From the NCBI GenBank assembly GCA_964016885.1, contig OZ024760.1:19902001-19966000 (forward strand): a stretch of DNA of 64,000 nt, read 5' to 3'. Shown piece after piece: positions 53,874 to 64,000 of this stretch. Position 1 is the first letter of the stretch. Each line of letters opens with the position of its first letter. The DNA is from Eledone cirrhosa. Lineage: Eukaryota. The translations under genes and the position numbers were made by a program. Under the pieces are notes generated by a model. That model saw only the letters and a program-made list of their open reading frames with translations, did no database searches and was not told the DNA's origin.

Positions 53874-54283
53874 GTTTCCTAACTTGTAACTTATTCAACC
53901 AAGAGGAGATAAGTGAGGTGGCAAGAATGGTTGTGAAACGAACTTCTTAAAAAACTCAACCAGGCCTGATAAAAACAAATAAATCGCATCATTTAATAAA
54001 TCACATCTTTTCATGTTAGTTTTTTTTTTCAATCACCAATATTAAATGGTGGAGTTTGAAAAGTCAGTCAGCTGTCACATAGTCTAGACATGAAGAGCAA
54101 AGCTCGTTAAGTCAAGTCTTTTGATTAGCTCATAATGACACATTTTTATATCATAACCCCCAATAAATATATATATATATATGTATATATGTTATAATAG
54201 CCATATATATAGAGAGAGATAGATAGATGTTATAATAGTCATATATATATGTTATAAACACCATATATATATTATATATATTA

Positions 54284-54340
<57 letters not shown>

Positions 54341-54384
54341 GAAGAATAATTATCGGATTACCTTTAACGATTTATTGTTATCCT

Positions 54385-54423
<39 letters not shown>

Positions 54424-54445
54424 TAAATATATGATAGTATGTATG

Positions 54446-54481
<36 letters not shown>

Positions 54482-57310
54482 CATACATACGTACATATGT
54501 ATATATGTGTGTCTATGTCAAGGCCATGGTTGTCACACAGGTTATATATATATATATATACACTGAAGGCAGTGATTTATCACAAGTGTTCCATAATCAA
54601 TAATAACATAGTGAATATTAGCTATTGATTTATGTGTTGTTTTTTGTTTTATTGTTGTCATTTTCCCTGATTGATAGTTTCTCTGACAATGTGAACAATT
54701 TATAATAGTATCAGAACTGTTTACTGTATTGATATAGAAGAGAGATTGGTGGGGAGGGGCAGGAAGGGGGAGAGAGAAAAGGGAGGGGAGGAGAAAAACT
54801 AAAAGAAAGAAAGAAAAAAAGGAAGAAAAACTGAATGAAAGAAAGAAGGAGAGAAAGAAACAAAGAAGGAAGGAGAGAAAGAAAGAAAGAGGAAGTAAGG
54901 AATGAAGGAGTTTTGAAGAAGAACAAGAAAATAAAAATGTCAACATAATTTTGAATGGTTTCGAAAACAACATAAAACATCTCTTGATTCTTGATATTCT
55001 CCAGAACCAATGAAGCAGACTCTTGGACAAACAATAAATTATGGAATAGTCCCTAATTTATATTGTCATAGTTTCAGGACAATATCTATTGTGTAAAATA
55101 TGGTTGTTGTTTCTTGTGTTGTGGTGTGGTGTTGTTGTTGTGTGGTGTTGTGAAGTGTTGTGTTGTCTTGTTGTGGTGTTGTAGTGTATTGCTCTTGTGT
55201 GGTGTGGTGTTGTGAGATGTTGTGTCGTGGTGTTGTTGTTGTTGTGTGGTGTTGTGGTGTTGCTGTTGTGTTGTGGTGTTGCTGTTGTGGTGTGGTGTTG
55301 TGGTGTTGCTGTTGTGGTGTGAGGTCTTTATTCTGCTTTGTTCTGTGTACTTGAGGTTTTTCGATAGGGTGGGCTTCATTTGTAGCAGGTTTTTCAATGA
55401 CAAACGTTGCTAGGTCCCTCCCTTTGTTTAACTTTTCTCCATTTCTAGAGAGGGAGAGAGTGAGTGAGATAGATAGATCGATAGAGGGATGGATAGATAG
55501 ATAGATAGATAGATAGATAAATAGAGGGAGAGAGAGGTAGATAGATGGATAGATAGATAGAGGGAGAGAGAGGTAGATAGATAGATAGATAGATAGATAG
55601 AGGGAGAGAGAGGTAGATAGATAGATAGATAGATGGTGAGAGAGAGAGAGAGAAAAGGATGCCTCTGTGAGTGGGATATTAACTTAGAGTGTAAGCGAGC
55701 TATATAAAACCCAATGCATTCTATCTGAAGAACAACAACAACAATATAAAAACAAATGTGTTCTTTTGCTGGTTTCTTTCTTAGTTTTATTTCACCCAAT
55801 GAAACTCTATTGAAATATTTTTTTTATTTTTCTGTTCTCAATTTCAACATAATTTTCAGAAGGAAAATATTTGTGTTCCCTCCATTCAATATTTTATGAT
55901 GTGAGATTAATAACCCTTTTCATACAAAACTAAAACAGCCATAAGTTCCATGACATGAAACTGTTTGTTTTAAAATGTTTGTTTTAAAATGTTTATATTC
56001 ATCTAAAAACCTTCCAAGAACCTTTGTGAATTTACCCTTTAAACACCAGTTTAATAATGAGAAAGTTATTTTGATAAATCCCTTGAAATCTTTTTGTTAT
56101 TCATACAAGTATGGTAATAAAAGGGTTAAATAAGAACTGATTGTTTTATTCCAGTGTTTTTTTTACATTCTGGTTCCCTAAGTTGACAACAGGATGGTTT
56201 TATTGTGATTAGCTTTTACTGCTCTTCAATTTGTTAGACACCAGAGAGTGTCATTAAAGGGAGATTAAAATTAATTTTAGAAAATTTGTTTTTTGCTAAA
56301 CAAGAATAAAAGTATTAAAACAAGAAAGATTGAAATAATTTATAGGAAGAAAGAAAAGGAGGAAAAAGGGGAAGTGGGGAGAAAATTAAATAATGGTAAA
56401 AAAAAAAAAATACTTTTTTTTTTGTTGTTGCTGTTGTTGTTCAGATATTGTATTTGTTAAATACCACTCAACATTCTATCTTCTTCATCTGTTTTTATCT
56501 TTATAATTCGATTATGAGAATAATAATCTTCCATTCCAATATCTTCAGATCATGAGAATAATAATCCCCTCTTCTAATATTCTTTAGATTATGAGAATGA
56601 GTCTTTTTATAGGTATGTATGTGTATATATGTATATATATGTACATAGGTATATATATGTATGTGTATATATGTATATATATGTACATAGATATATGTAT
56701 GTATGTGTATATATATATGTATATATATGTACATAGGGATATGTATGTATGTGTATATATATATATGTATAAATATGTACATAGGTATATGTATGTATGT
56801 GTATATATGTATATATATGTACATAGGTATATATATGTATGTGTATATATGTATATATATGTACATAGATATATGTATGTATGTGTATATATATGTACAT
56901 AGGTATATGTATGTATGTGTATATATGTACATAGGTATATGTATGTATGTGTATATATGTATATATATGTACATAGGTATATGTATGTATGTGTGTATAT
57001 ATGTGTAAATATGCACATGTACACATATTCTAATTTTATTTTTGTATATATATATATATATATATATACAATATATTAATAAATGGAAACTATATTTATA
57101 AAACAATAATTATTTTATTATACATATTTCAAGGGCAACCAAGGTAGATTATGGTGCGCTTTCATCAGATAAAATACAGATTTGTTTTATAAATAAATAT
57201 TGACATACCCGGAAAAAAGACAACAAAAAAGACAACCTATCCAGCGAAGTTCAACCGTTGAGGTTGTCTTTTTTCCGGGTATGTCAATATTTATTTATAA
57301 AACAAATCTG

Positions 57311-57376
57311 TATTTTATCTGATGAAAGCGCACCATAATCTACCTTGGTTACCCTTGAAATATGTATAATAAAATA
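57311..57376 (+). ncRNA. Type I hammerhead ribozyme motif
   Basis: tattttat-CTGATGA(57319-25)-aag..cca[loop]tgg..ctt-GAAA(57357-60)-tatgt-ATA/ataaaata. A mirror copy lies on the minus strand at 57111-57176. Confidence 0.8.
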
Positions 57377-57424
57377 ATTATTGTTTTATAAATATAGTTT
57401 CCATTTATTAATATATTATATATA

Positions 57425-57612
57425 AGGCGGTGGATTGGCAGTATCGGTAGAGGGTCGGACGCCATGCTTTCCAGCATAGTTACGTCCCTTTACGATCTGA
57501 GTTCAAATCCCGCCGAGGTTGACTTTGCCTTTCATCCTTACGGGGTCGATAAAATAAAGTACCAGTAATACACTGGGTAATTGCTGGCCTTGTGCCTAAC
57601 GTAGAAACAATT
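57425..57612 (+). mobile_element. SINE family 1 inserted in one arm of the inverted duplication
   Basis: Matches 12977-13166 and is absent from the mirror arm. Confidence 0.88.
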
Positions 57613-58632
57613 AATATATTATATATATATATATATATACATATACAAAAATAAAATTAGAATATGTGTGTACATGTGCATATTTACACAAGTATATACA
57701 CATACATATACCTATGTACATATATATACATATATACATATACATACATATACCTATGTACATATATATACATATATGTTGAGTGGTATTTAATAAATAC
57801 AATATCTGAACAACAACAGCAACAACAAAAAAAAAAGTATTTTTTTTTTTTTACCATTATTTAATTTTCTCCCACTTCCCCTTTTTTCCTCCTTTTCTTT
57901 CTTCCTATAAATTATTTCAATCTTTCTTGTTTTAATACTTTTATTCTTGTTTAGCAAAAAACAAATTTTCTAAAATTAATTTTAATCTCCATTTAATGAC
58001 ACTCTCTGGTGTCTAACAAATTGAAGAGCAGTAAAAGCTAATCACAATAAAAACATCCTGTTGTCAACTTAGGGAACCAGAATGTAAAAAAACACTGGAA
58101 TAAAACAATCAGTTCTTTTATCAGATGAAAGCGCACCATAATCTACCTGGGTTGCCCTTGAAATATATATAATAAAATAATTATTGTTTTATAAATATAG
58201 TTTCCATTTATTAATATATTGTATATTTACTCCACTAAACTGTTGAGTGCTTTATATCAGTTATAAAAATGTTTAAGCTTGTTGAATCCCATCAAATTAA
58301 ATATAACCTCTGCATATATATTATATCATCATCGTTTAATGTCCGTCAGAGGCAAGTTGGGTCAGGTACCATCAGAGGCAAGTTGGGTCAGGTGACCATG
58401 TCTTGCTCATATAGAACTGTTTCTGGCTAGCTTTCTACAGATGGATGCCCTTCCTAATACCAACCACATTTACAGAGTGTGCTGGGTGCTTTTTTGAGAC
58501 TTACTACATTAGATCTGATCTGTTCTGCTTGTCTATCTTACAATAGCCATATGAGAGGCACCTCGTTTAGTATGTGGCTTTTCACTATGTAAGTCAGTCT
58601 TCGAACTAAGAAAGTTAGATATTAATAATAAT

Positions 58633-58816
58633 AATTGTTTCTACTTTTGGCACAAGGCCAGCAATTACCCAGTGCATTACTGGTACTTTATTTTATCGAC
58701 CCCATAAGGATGAAAGGCAAAGTTAACCTCGGCGGGATTTGAACTCAGAATGGCAAGGGCCGTAACTCTATGCGTCAAACCGTGGCATCCGACCCTCTAC
58801 CGATACTGCCAATCCA
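58633..58816 (-). mobile_element. SINE family 1
   Basis: Full reverse-complement copy. Confidence 0.85.
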
Positions 58817-59854
58817 TTGTGTACAGTGCTCAGGTGCACTACAACTCATCAAAGTTGCATGTATAGTACATAAATAATGTACAAATGTCAGGAAAGTGAA
58901 CAGTGTATGAGTCATGATATACACACACATACGTGTGTGTGTGTGTCTATGGAGGGGGAATATCAGATGTATTGTTGGCAAATATCGGGAAGCATGTAAT
59001 GAAATGGTTAAACACTTCATTTTTCCTTCTTCCAGTGCAGGTTTCATTTAATAGAGTTTCTGTCACATAATATATCATGTGTAAGATGTGGTTTTTCACC
59101 ACGTAGGTCAGTCTTAGAACTGAGAACGTTAAGGCTTTCCTAATTCTTGATTATTCTTCAACAATGGTTTTAAATTCATAGGCAAGTTTCTTTCATTAGA
59201 AATAGTGTAATGAAATGGTTAAACACTTCATTTTTCCTTCTTCCAGTGCAGGTTTCATTTAATAGAGTTGCTGTCACATAATATATCAAAATAATTTTTA
59301 TTGATAGCTTCTGTTGGTTGACAAGTCTCATTGACAGAAACTTGACATTCTGACGGAAGAGAAAAATAAATGAAATCTAAATTTATAGTACAAAGATGGA
59401 ACCACAATCAACAGAGCTAACTAATTGTTGCTAGGAATATGGTACAGAGGAATGGCAGAATTGCTAGACAGAGTGGCCTACTGTGTGTGTGTGTGGGGGA
59501 GGGGGGGGGGGGGGCGTTGAGTAGCAGAATTGCAGAGTCAGGAGTGTTGGTTTTAACCCTACACTCCACTTATTCTCTCTGAAGTAGTTAGTTACTCACT
59601 GTAAAGTGGTTGTTGATTCCAGCCATAGAATCTATGTTGGTGCCATTAAAAAAAAAATGTGGCCTATACACCTTGTAAAGTGGTTGTTGTTAGGAAGGGA
59701 TTCCTATTGTAGAACCCATGCCAAAAATGGGTGAAGAGGACTTTTCAGTTGTGTCAAGGGTACGACAACCTTTCTAGTGTTGGTAACATGATAAACACGC
59801 CCAGTACACTCTGTAAAGCGGTTGATGATAGCAAGGGTATCCATCAACCCGGCA

Positions 59855-60195
59855 AGGTGGAAAGACAAAGTTAACCTCGGCGGGATTTGAACTCAGAACG
59901 TAAATGGCCATAACTCTGTGCCGGCAAGCGACGCGTAGTGGCTGTCACTCTGCCGATTCTACCAATCTACCACCACCCTTGAATGATAATAATTGTTTAT
60001 AATTTAGGCTCATGGCCAGCAATTCTGAGAGAGGAGAAAGTCGATTAAATCAACCCCAGTGCATTACTGGTACTTTATTTTATCAACCCCCGTAAAGATG
60101 AAAGACAAAGCTAAACTCGGCGGGATTTGAACGTAAAGGGCCATAACTCTGTGCTGCTAAGCATGGTGTCCGATGTTCTACTGATTCTACTGAAC
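59855..60195 (-). mobile_element. Two SINE family 1 copies
   Basis: aacctcggcgggatttgaac and aaactcggcgggatttgaac motifs. Confidence 0.75.
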
Positions 60196-60210
60196 CGATG
60201 ATGATGCAAT

Positions 60211-60460
60211 GTCATGGCCATGTGATGTGCATAGAGGATGACTGCTGGGTGAAGAAGTGCCAAGTAACCCCGGTGGAAGGAAGACGCAGTAGAGGAAGAC
60301 CACGAAAAACATGGTCGGAGGTGGTGAGAACTGACCCCAGATTGCCGAAGCTCACGGAGGAGGAGATGACGAAGGACCGTGATGAATGGAGAGATGCCGT
60401 GCTGAATAGGACACATCCCACCCTTGCAAGCAGGGAAAAGCGGACGTAAAATGAAGATGA
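60211..60460 (+). mobile_element. 3' fragment of RTE family A
   Basis: HGHVMCIEDDCWVKKC..GRRSRGRPRKTWSEVV..ASREKRT, homologous to 12720-12960. Confidence 0.88.
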
Positions 60461-60499
60461 TGTGATGATGATAATGATGACGGTGACGGTGGTGGCGGT

Positions 60500-61065
60500 G
60501 GCGGTGATAACAATGATGAAGACGATAATGATGATAACAATGATGAAGACGATAATGATGATGATAACAATGATGAAGACGATGATGATGATAACAATGA
60601 TGAAGACGATAATGATGATAACAATGATGAAGACGATGATGATGATAACAATGATGAAGACGATGATGATGATGATAACAATGATGAAGACGATGATGAT
60701 GATAACAATGATGAAGACGATGATGATGATAACAATGATGAAGACGATGATGATGATGATAACAATGATGAAGACGATGATGATGATAACAATGATGAAG
60801 ACGATAATGATGATAACAATGATGAAGACGATGATGATGATAACAATGATGAAGACGATGATGATGATAACAATGATGAAGACGATAATGATGATAACAA
60901 TGATGAAGACGATGATGATGATAACAATGATGAAGACGATGATGATGATGATGGTGATGATGACGGTGGTGGTGGTGGTGGTGGTGGTGGCGGTGGCGGT
61001 GATAACAATGATGAAGACGATGATGATGATGATGATAACAATGATGAAGAAGACGACGATGATGA
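60500..61065. repeat. 24/27-bp (GAT)-derived minisatellite (gatgataacaatgatgaagac..)
   Basis: Direct periodicity, beginning just after the LINE (TGA)n tail. Confidence 0.9.
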
Positions 61066-62642
61066 TGATTAAGATGGTGATGATGATGACTCCACATTAA
61101 AATTGTGTTATTCTGGAATCACTAAAATAGCAATGGCTTAACTAGATAAAATATGTCTGACGTTACAAATATTTGTCAAAGTCCATTATTTACAGTTGTT
61201 AAATATATCAAATTGAGTTTAGTTTTCAAGTCTCTTGTTTCCGCAAACTATTTACCAAAGTGTCTATTGTCTATTGGTATTGACGGACTTTTTATAGACA
61301 GGTCTTAGAAATAAGGAAATTCTTTTGTTTTTACAAACACATTTGAAATTGGTTGGAAACATTGAGTAAATAGACAATAGCTGGTTTCATTTGGTCTGTT
61401 GTCGGTGGAATTAACTGCATGTGTTGTTATTGTGTAATCAAGAGATGATGGTGGAATGTGTGAAATTCCTCTTCCCCCCCCCCCCCCCCCCAACTTTCTG
61501 CTACAGAAGAAGACTCAAATATATATATATGAGAAAAACAAACAAAATGTAAGAGAGGTACAGACATGGCTGTGTGTTTAACAAGTGTGATGCTTTGTAA
61601 CTATGTGGTTTCTTCAGGTCCAATACTACATTGGGACATCGTAGTCCTTGGCTGGTTGATCAGTGAATTTTGGTTGGTGAAAACTGTGTAGAAGCCTGTC
61701 ATGTATATATATAGATATATATTCCAGATACAGTCCTATAAGAGTGAGACACAGTCACCCGATCAATCTTGCCTCAAGTGGGACAATTTCCGTCTAACCC
61801 ATGCTAGCGTGGAATATAGACATTTTAATGATGATGATAAATATATATATATATATATCATTATATATATACATACATACATAAACATACGTACATACTC
61901 AAGCCATTTAAATTCTTCTAACATTTTTTTCTGAACAAACATTATACACAATATCTGATGTTTGTGCATCTGTGTTTGTGTATCTGTGTTTGTGTGTGTT
62001 TATGTGCATGTGTGTGTGTGTTTATGTGTATGTTATATATGTGTGTACATGTGTGATTCTTTTAAACGATTCTCTCTTGACTTAAGTTGTAGTTTTTCTT
62101 ACCTTAACGACATGACCGGTAGTTGGAAGTTAAAACAAGATGTTTGAAACATAACCGAGATCAACCCAATTATAATTAGAAAGAATTCATTTTCTTTACA
62201 ACAAAATTATATTTTTCATTTCAAAAGATGAAATATTTATTTAATCTAATTTCAACTTTTTGAACTTTGAAGATTGATAACCCAGTGATTAGCTGTCATA
62301 GTGAGGAAAATACTAACTTATTGACAGTGTTGTTGTTTTCTTTGCTTTACTTTACTATTACTTCATACACAAACAAGAAAATAGATTTAATTAAATTCTT
62401 CATATCATTGAATGGAATTAGTGAATTGGTTTTTAAAATTTCCAACTTCAATTGAGAAGGAAATGTTTGGCCTTGAGCCAATGGCTGTGAAATCTTGGCT
62501 TTGTATAAATGGCTTTTTTTTTATTTTATTTTATTTTATTTTATTTTATTTTATTTTATTTTATTTTATTTTATTTTATTTTATTTTATTTTATTTTATT
62601 TTATTTTACTGAGGAGTTTAAGCGTTAAAATAGTGTGGGAAT

Positions 62643-62822
62643 ATCATCATCATCATCATCACCGTTTAATGTACATTTTTCCACATTTAATGTACATTTT
62701 TCCATGGGTTAGACAGGTTAGATAGGTCTTTCTCAGCATGGCATCTCTCCACATGTTGCAATCCTTTGTCATCTCCTCTCTGAGTCTCAGTGATTTGAAG
62801 TCAGCTTTCACAACCTCTGCCA
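62643..62822 (-). mobile_element. Diverged RTE 3' fragment
   Basis: AEVVKADFKSLRLREEMTKDCNMWRDAML plus a (TGA)n tail on the minus strand. Confidence 0.7.
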
Positions 62823-62898
62823 ATATATTTATATATATATAAAGTGTTTCCATAGGAAAGGTAAATGAAAGGAGAGTGCTCTATTTAGGCTACAGAGC

Positions 62899-63132
62899 TA
62901 TTTAGTTATGTAATAAGCAACATAAGACAATTATTCCATTTACCAAAGGTTTCACGAAGACAGACAAGCTTGACACAGAAATCGTTCATCAGAATGAAAT
63001 TTTATTAAATTTTCTTTAAATAAAACTTCATTCTGATGAACGATTTCAGACGTCTGTGTCGAGCTTGTCTGTCTTCGTGAAACCTTTGGTAAATGGAATA
63101 ATTGTCTTATGTTGTTTATTACATAATTAAAT
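62899..63132. mobile_element. Fold-back hammerhead element of a distinct family: arms 62899-63005 and 63019-63132
   Basis: Inverted repeat of about 107 bp with a 7-nt indel. The right end abuts (TA)n. Confidence 0.8.
63027..63097 (+). ncRNA. Type I hammerhead ribozyme motif
   Basis: ttcatt-CTGATGA(63033-39)-acga..cagac[..]gtctg..tcgt-GAAA(63079-82)-cc[ttt]gG-TA/aatgga. A mirror copy lies on the minus strand at about 62935-62998. Confidence 0.82.
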
Positions 63133-63357
63133 ATATATATACGTCACCAAACATCTATTGCATAACTCCAAGGCTCCGAACTGATTCTTTGTAATTTTAT
63201 TTTTAATTTAATTTTAATTTTATTTTCAACCTAAAAACTTTCCGGACTTTCGCAGTTATCTCCCTTACACCTCTCGCACGCAGTCTAATATTGCCTGTGT
63301 GAAGTGACCGAGTTTCTGAGCATGCGCGTTCGTACAGTTGTCCTTCCTGTTCCTATA

Positions 63358-63415
63358 ACCATACACATCCCGAGCTGAAGATCCGCTAAGGTGAAACAAT
63401 CGTTCTCAGTATGGT
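63358..63415 (+). ncRNA. Candidate stand-alone type I hammerhead
   Basis: accatac..gag-CTGAAGA(63375-81)-t-cc[gctaa]gg-t-GAAA(63393-96)-c[aatc]G-TT/ctc.gtatggt, with a bipartite stem I. Confidence 0.55.
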
Positions 63416-63453
63416 GAACTAACTGTTGTGAAACCATTTCTATATATATATAT

Positions 63454-63782
63454 AATATATAAGATCAAAAGATGGTTAAATGAGTTCCATGTATTTTATT
63501 ATGCGAATTTCAAAAACAAATATCATCATGCAATAACATTTGTGTTTTCATCAGATAAAATAGGAGGACATGATATGAAGGTTAAAAAACACTTGTGGAT
63601 AGTGCAGTTTTAAATCAACATATGTTGATATTTGTTTTTGAAATGCGCATAATAAAATACATGGAACTCATTTAACCATCTTTTGATCTTATATGTTATG
63701 TATACTCCAGTCCTACAAACTGTAGAGTGCTTCTTATCCGATATCTGCATTGCTTTATTGTACTACAATAAAACTCACCTCC

Positions 63783-63785
<3 letters not shown>
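63454..63785. mobile_element. Fold-back hammerhead element: arms 63454-63530 and 63621-63697, tail to 63785
   Basis: Full hammerhead on the minus strand at 63492-63562 (tattttat-CTGATGA-aaa.acaaat..atttgt.ttt-GAAA-ttcgc-ATA/ataaaata). The plus arm has only the GAAA-TGCGC-ATA half. Flanked by (TA)n. Confidence 0.8.
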
Positions 63786-63823
<38 letters not shown>

Positions 63824-63849
63824 AAATAGTAGAAAGGAAAAAGATTTTT

Positions 63850-63975
63850 TACAGTGTGGGCTGGGTGCTTTTTTGTCGCGGCACCTCCACGACCACTTTG
63901 CAGTAGCAGGGGGTGGGGGCATATTGTCTATATGCTTCAGCTTGTACCCGTGGGAAGTCGGGTCTTCTGTATTAT
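63850..63975 (-). mobile_element. RTE family 3'-UTR fragment
   Basis: Reverse complement of about 20526-20655. Confidence 0.8.
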
Positions 63976-64000
63976 ATATATATATATAATACAGAAGACC

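Larger units (their letters stand above)
56132..58314. repeat. Inverted duplication of about 2 kb centred on a fold-back hammerhead element
   Basis: 56132-56473 is the reverse complement of 57777-58117, about 56900-57065 of about 57620-57776, and 57066-57238 of 57261-57420. A third hammerhead-arm copy with the tail lies at 58116-58314. Confidence 0.9.

Overview
AT-rich, microsatellite-saturated eukaryotic DNA, intergenic or intronic, with a 200-N gap at 32598-32797. The SINE and RTE-LINE content suggests an octopod cephalopod, but that is inference. No host protein-coding gene can be supported, and nearly all listed ORFs are translations of simple repeats. Recognisable content: two RTE-type LINE families (all copies 5'-truncated, one with a PHD finger after the RT), two tRNA-derived SINE families, TTAA-flanked piggyBac-type MITEs (one seeding a 72-bp satellite), hAT MITEs, mariner and Merlin transposase relics, and several minisatellites. 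The most interesting signal is a set of non-coding fold-back elements (arms about 75-190 bp), mostly sitting in (TA)n tracts. Their arms carry type I hammerhead ribozyme motifs (CUGANGA / stem II / GAAA / palindromic mini stem III / NUH / stem I). Stems covary between otherwise dissimilar copies, and several share an ACTC...GAGTRCTT 3' tail hairpin. They look like Penelope-like pseudo-LTR or retrozyme-type units from several families. One lies at the centre of a roughly 2-kb inverted duplication of flanking DNA (56132-58314).
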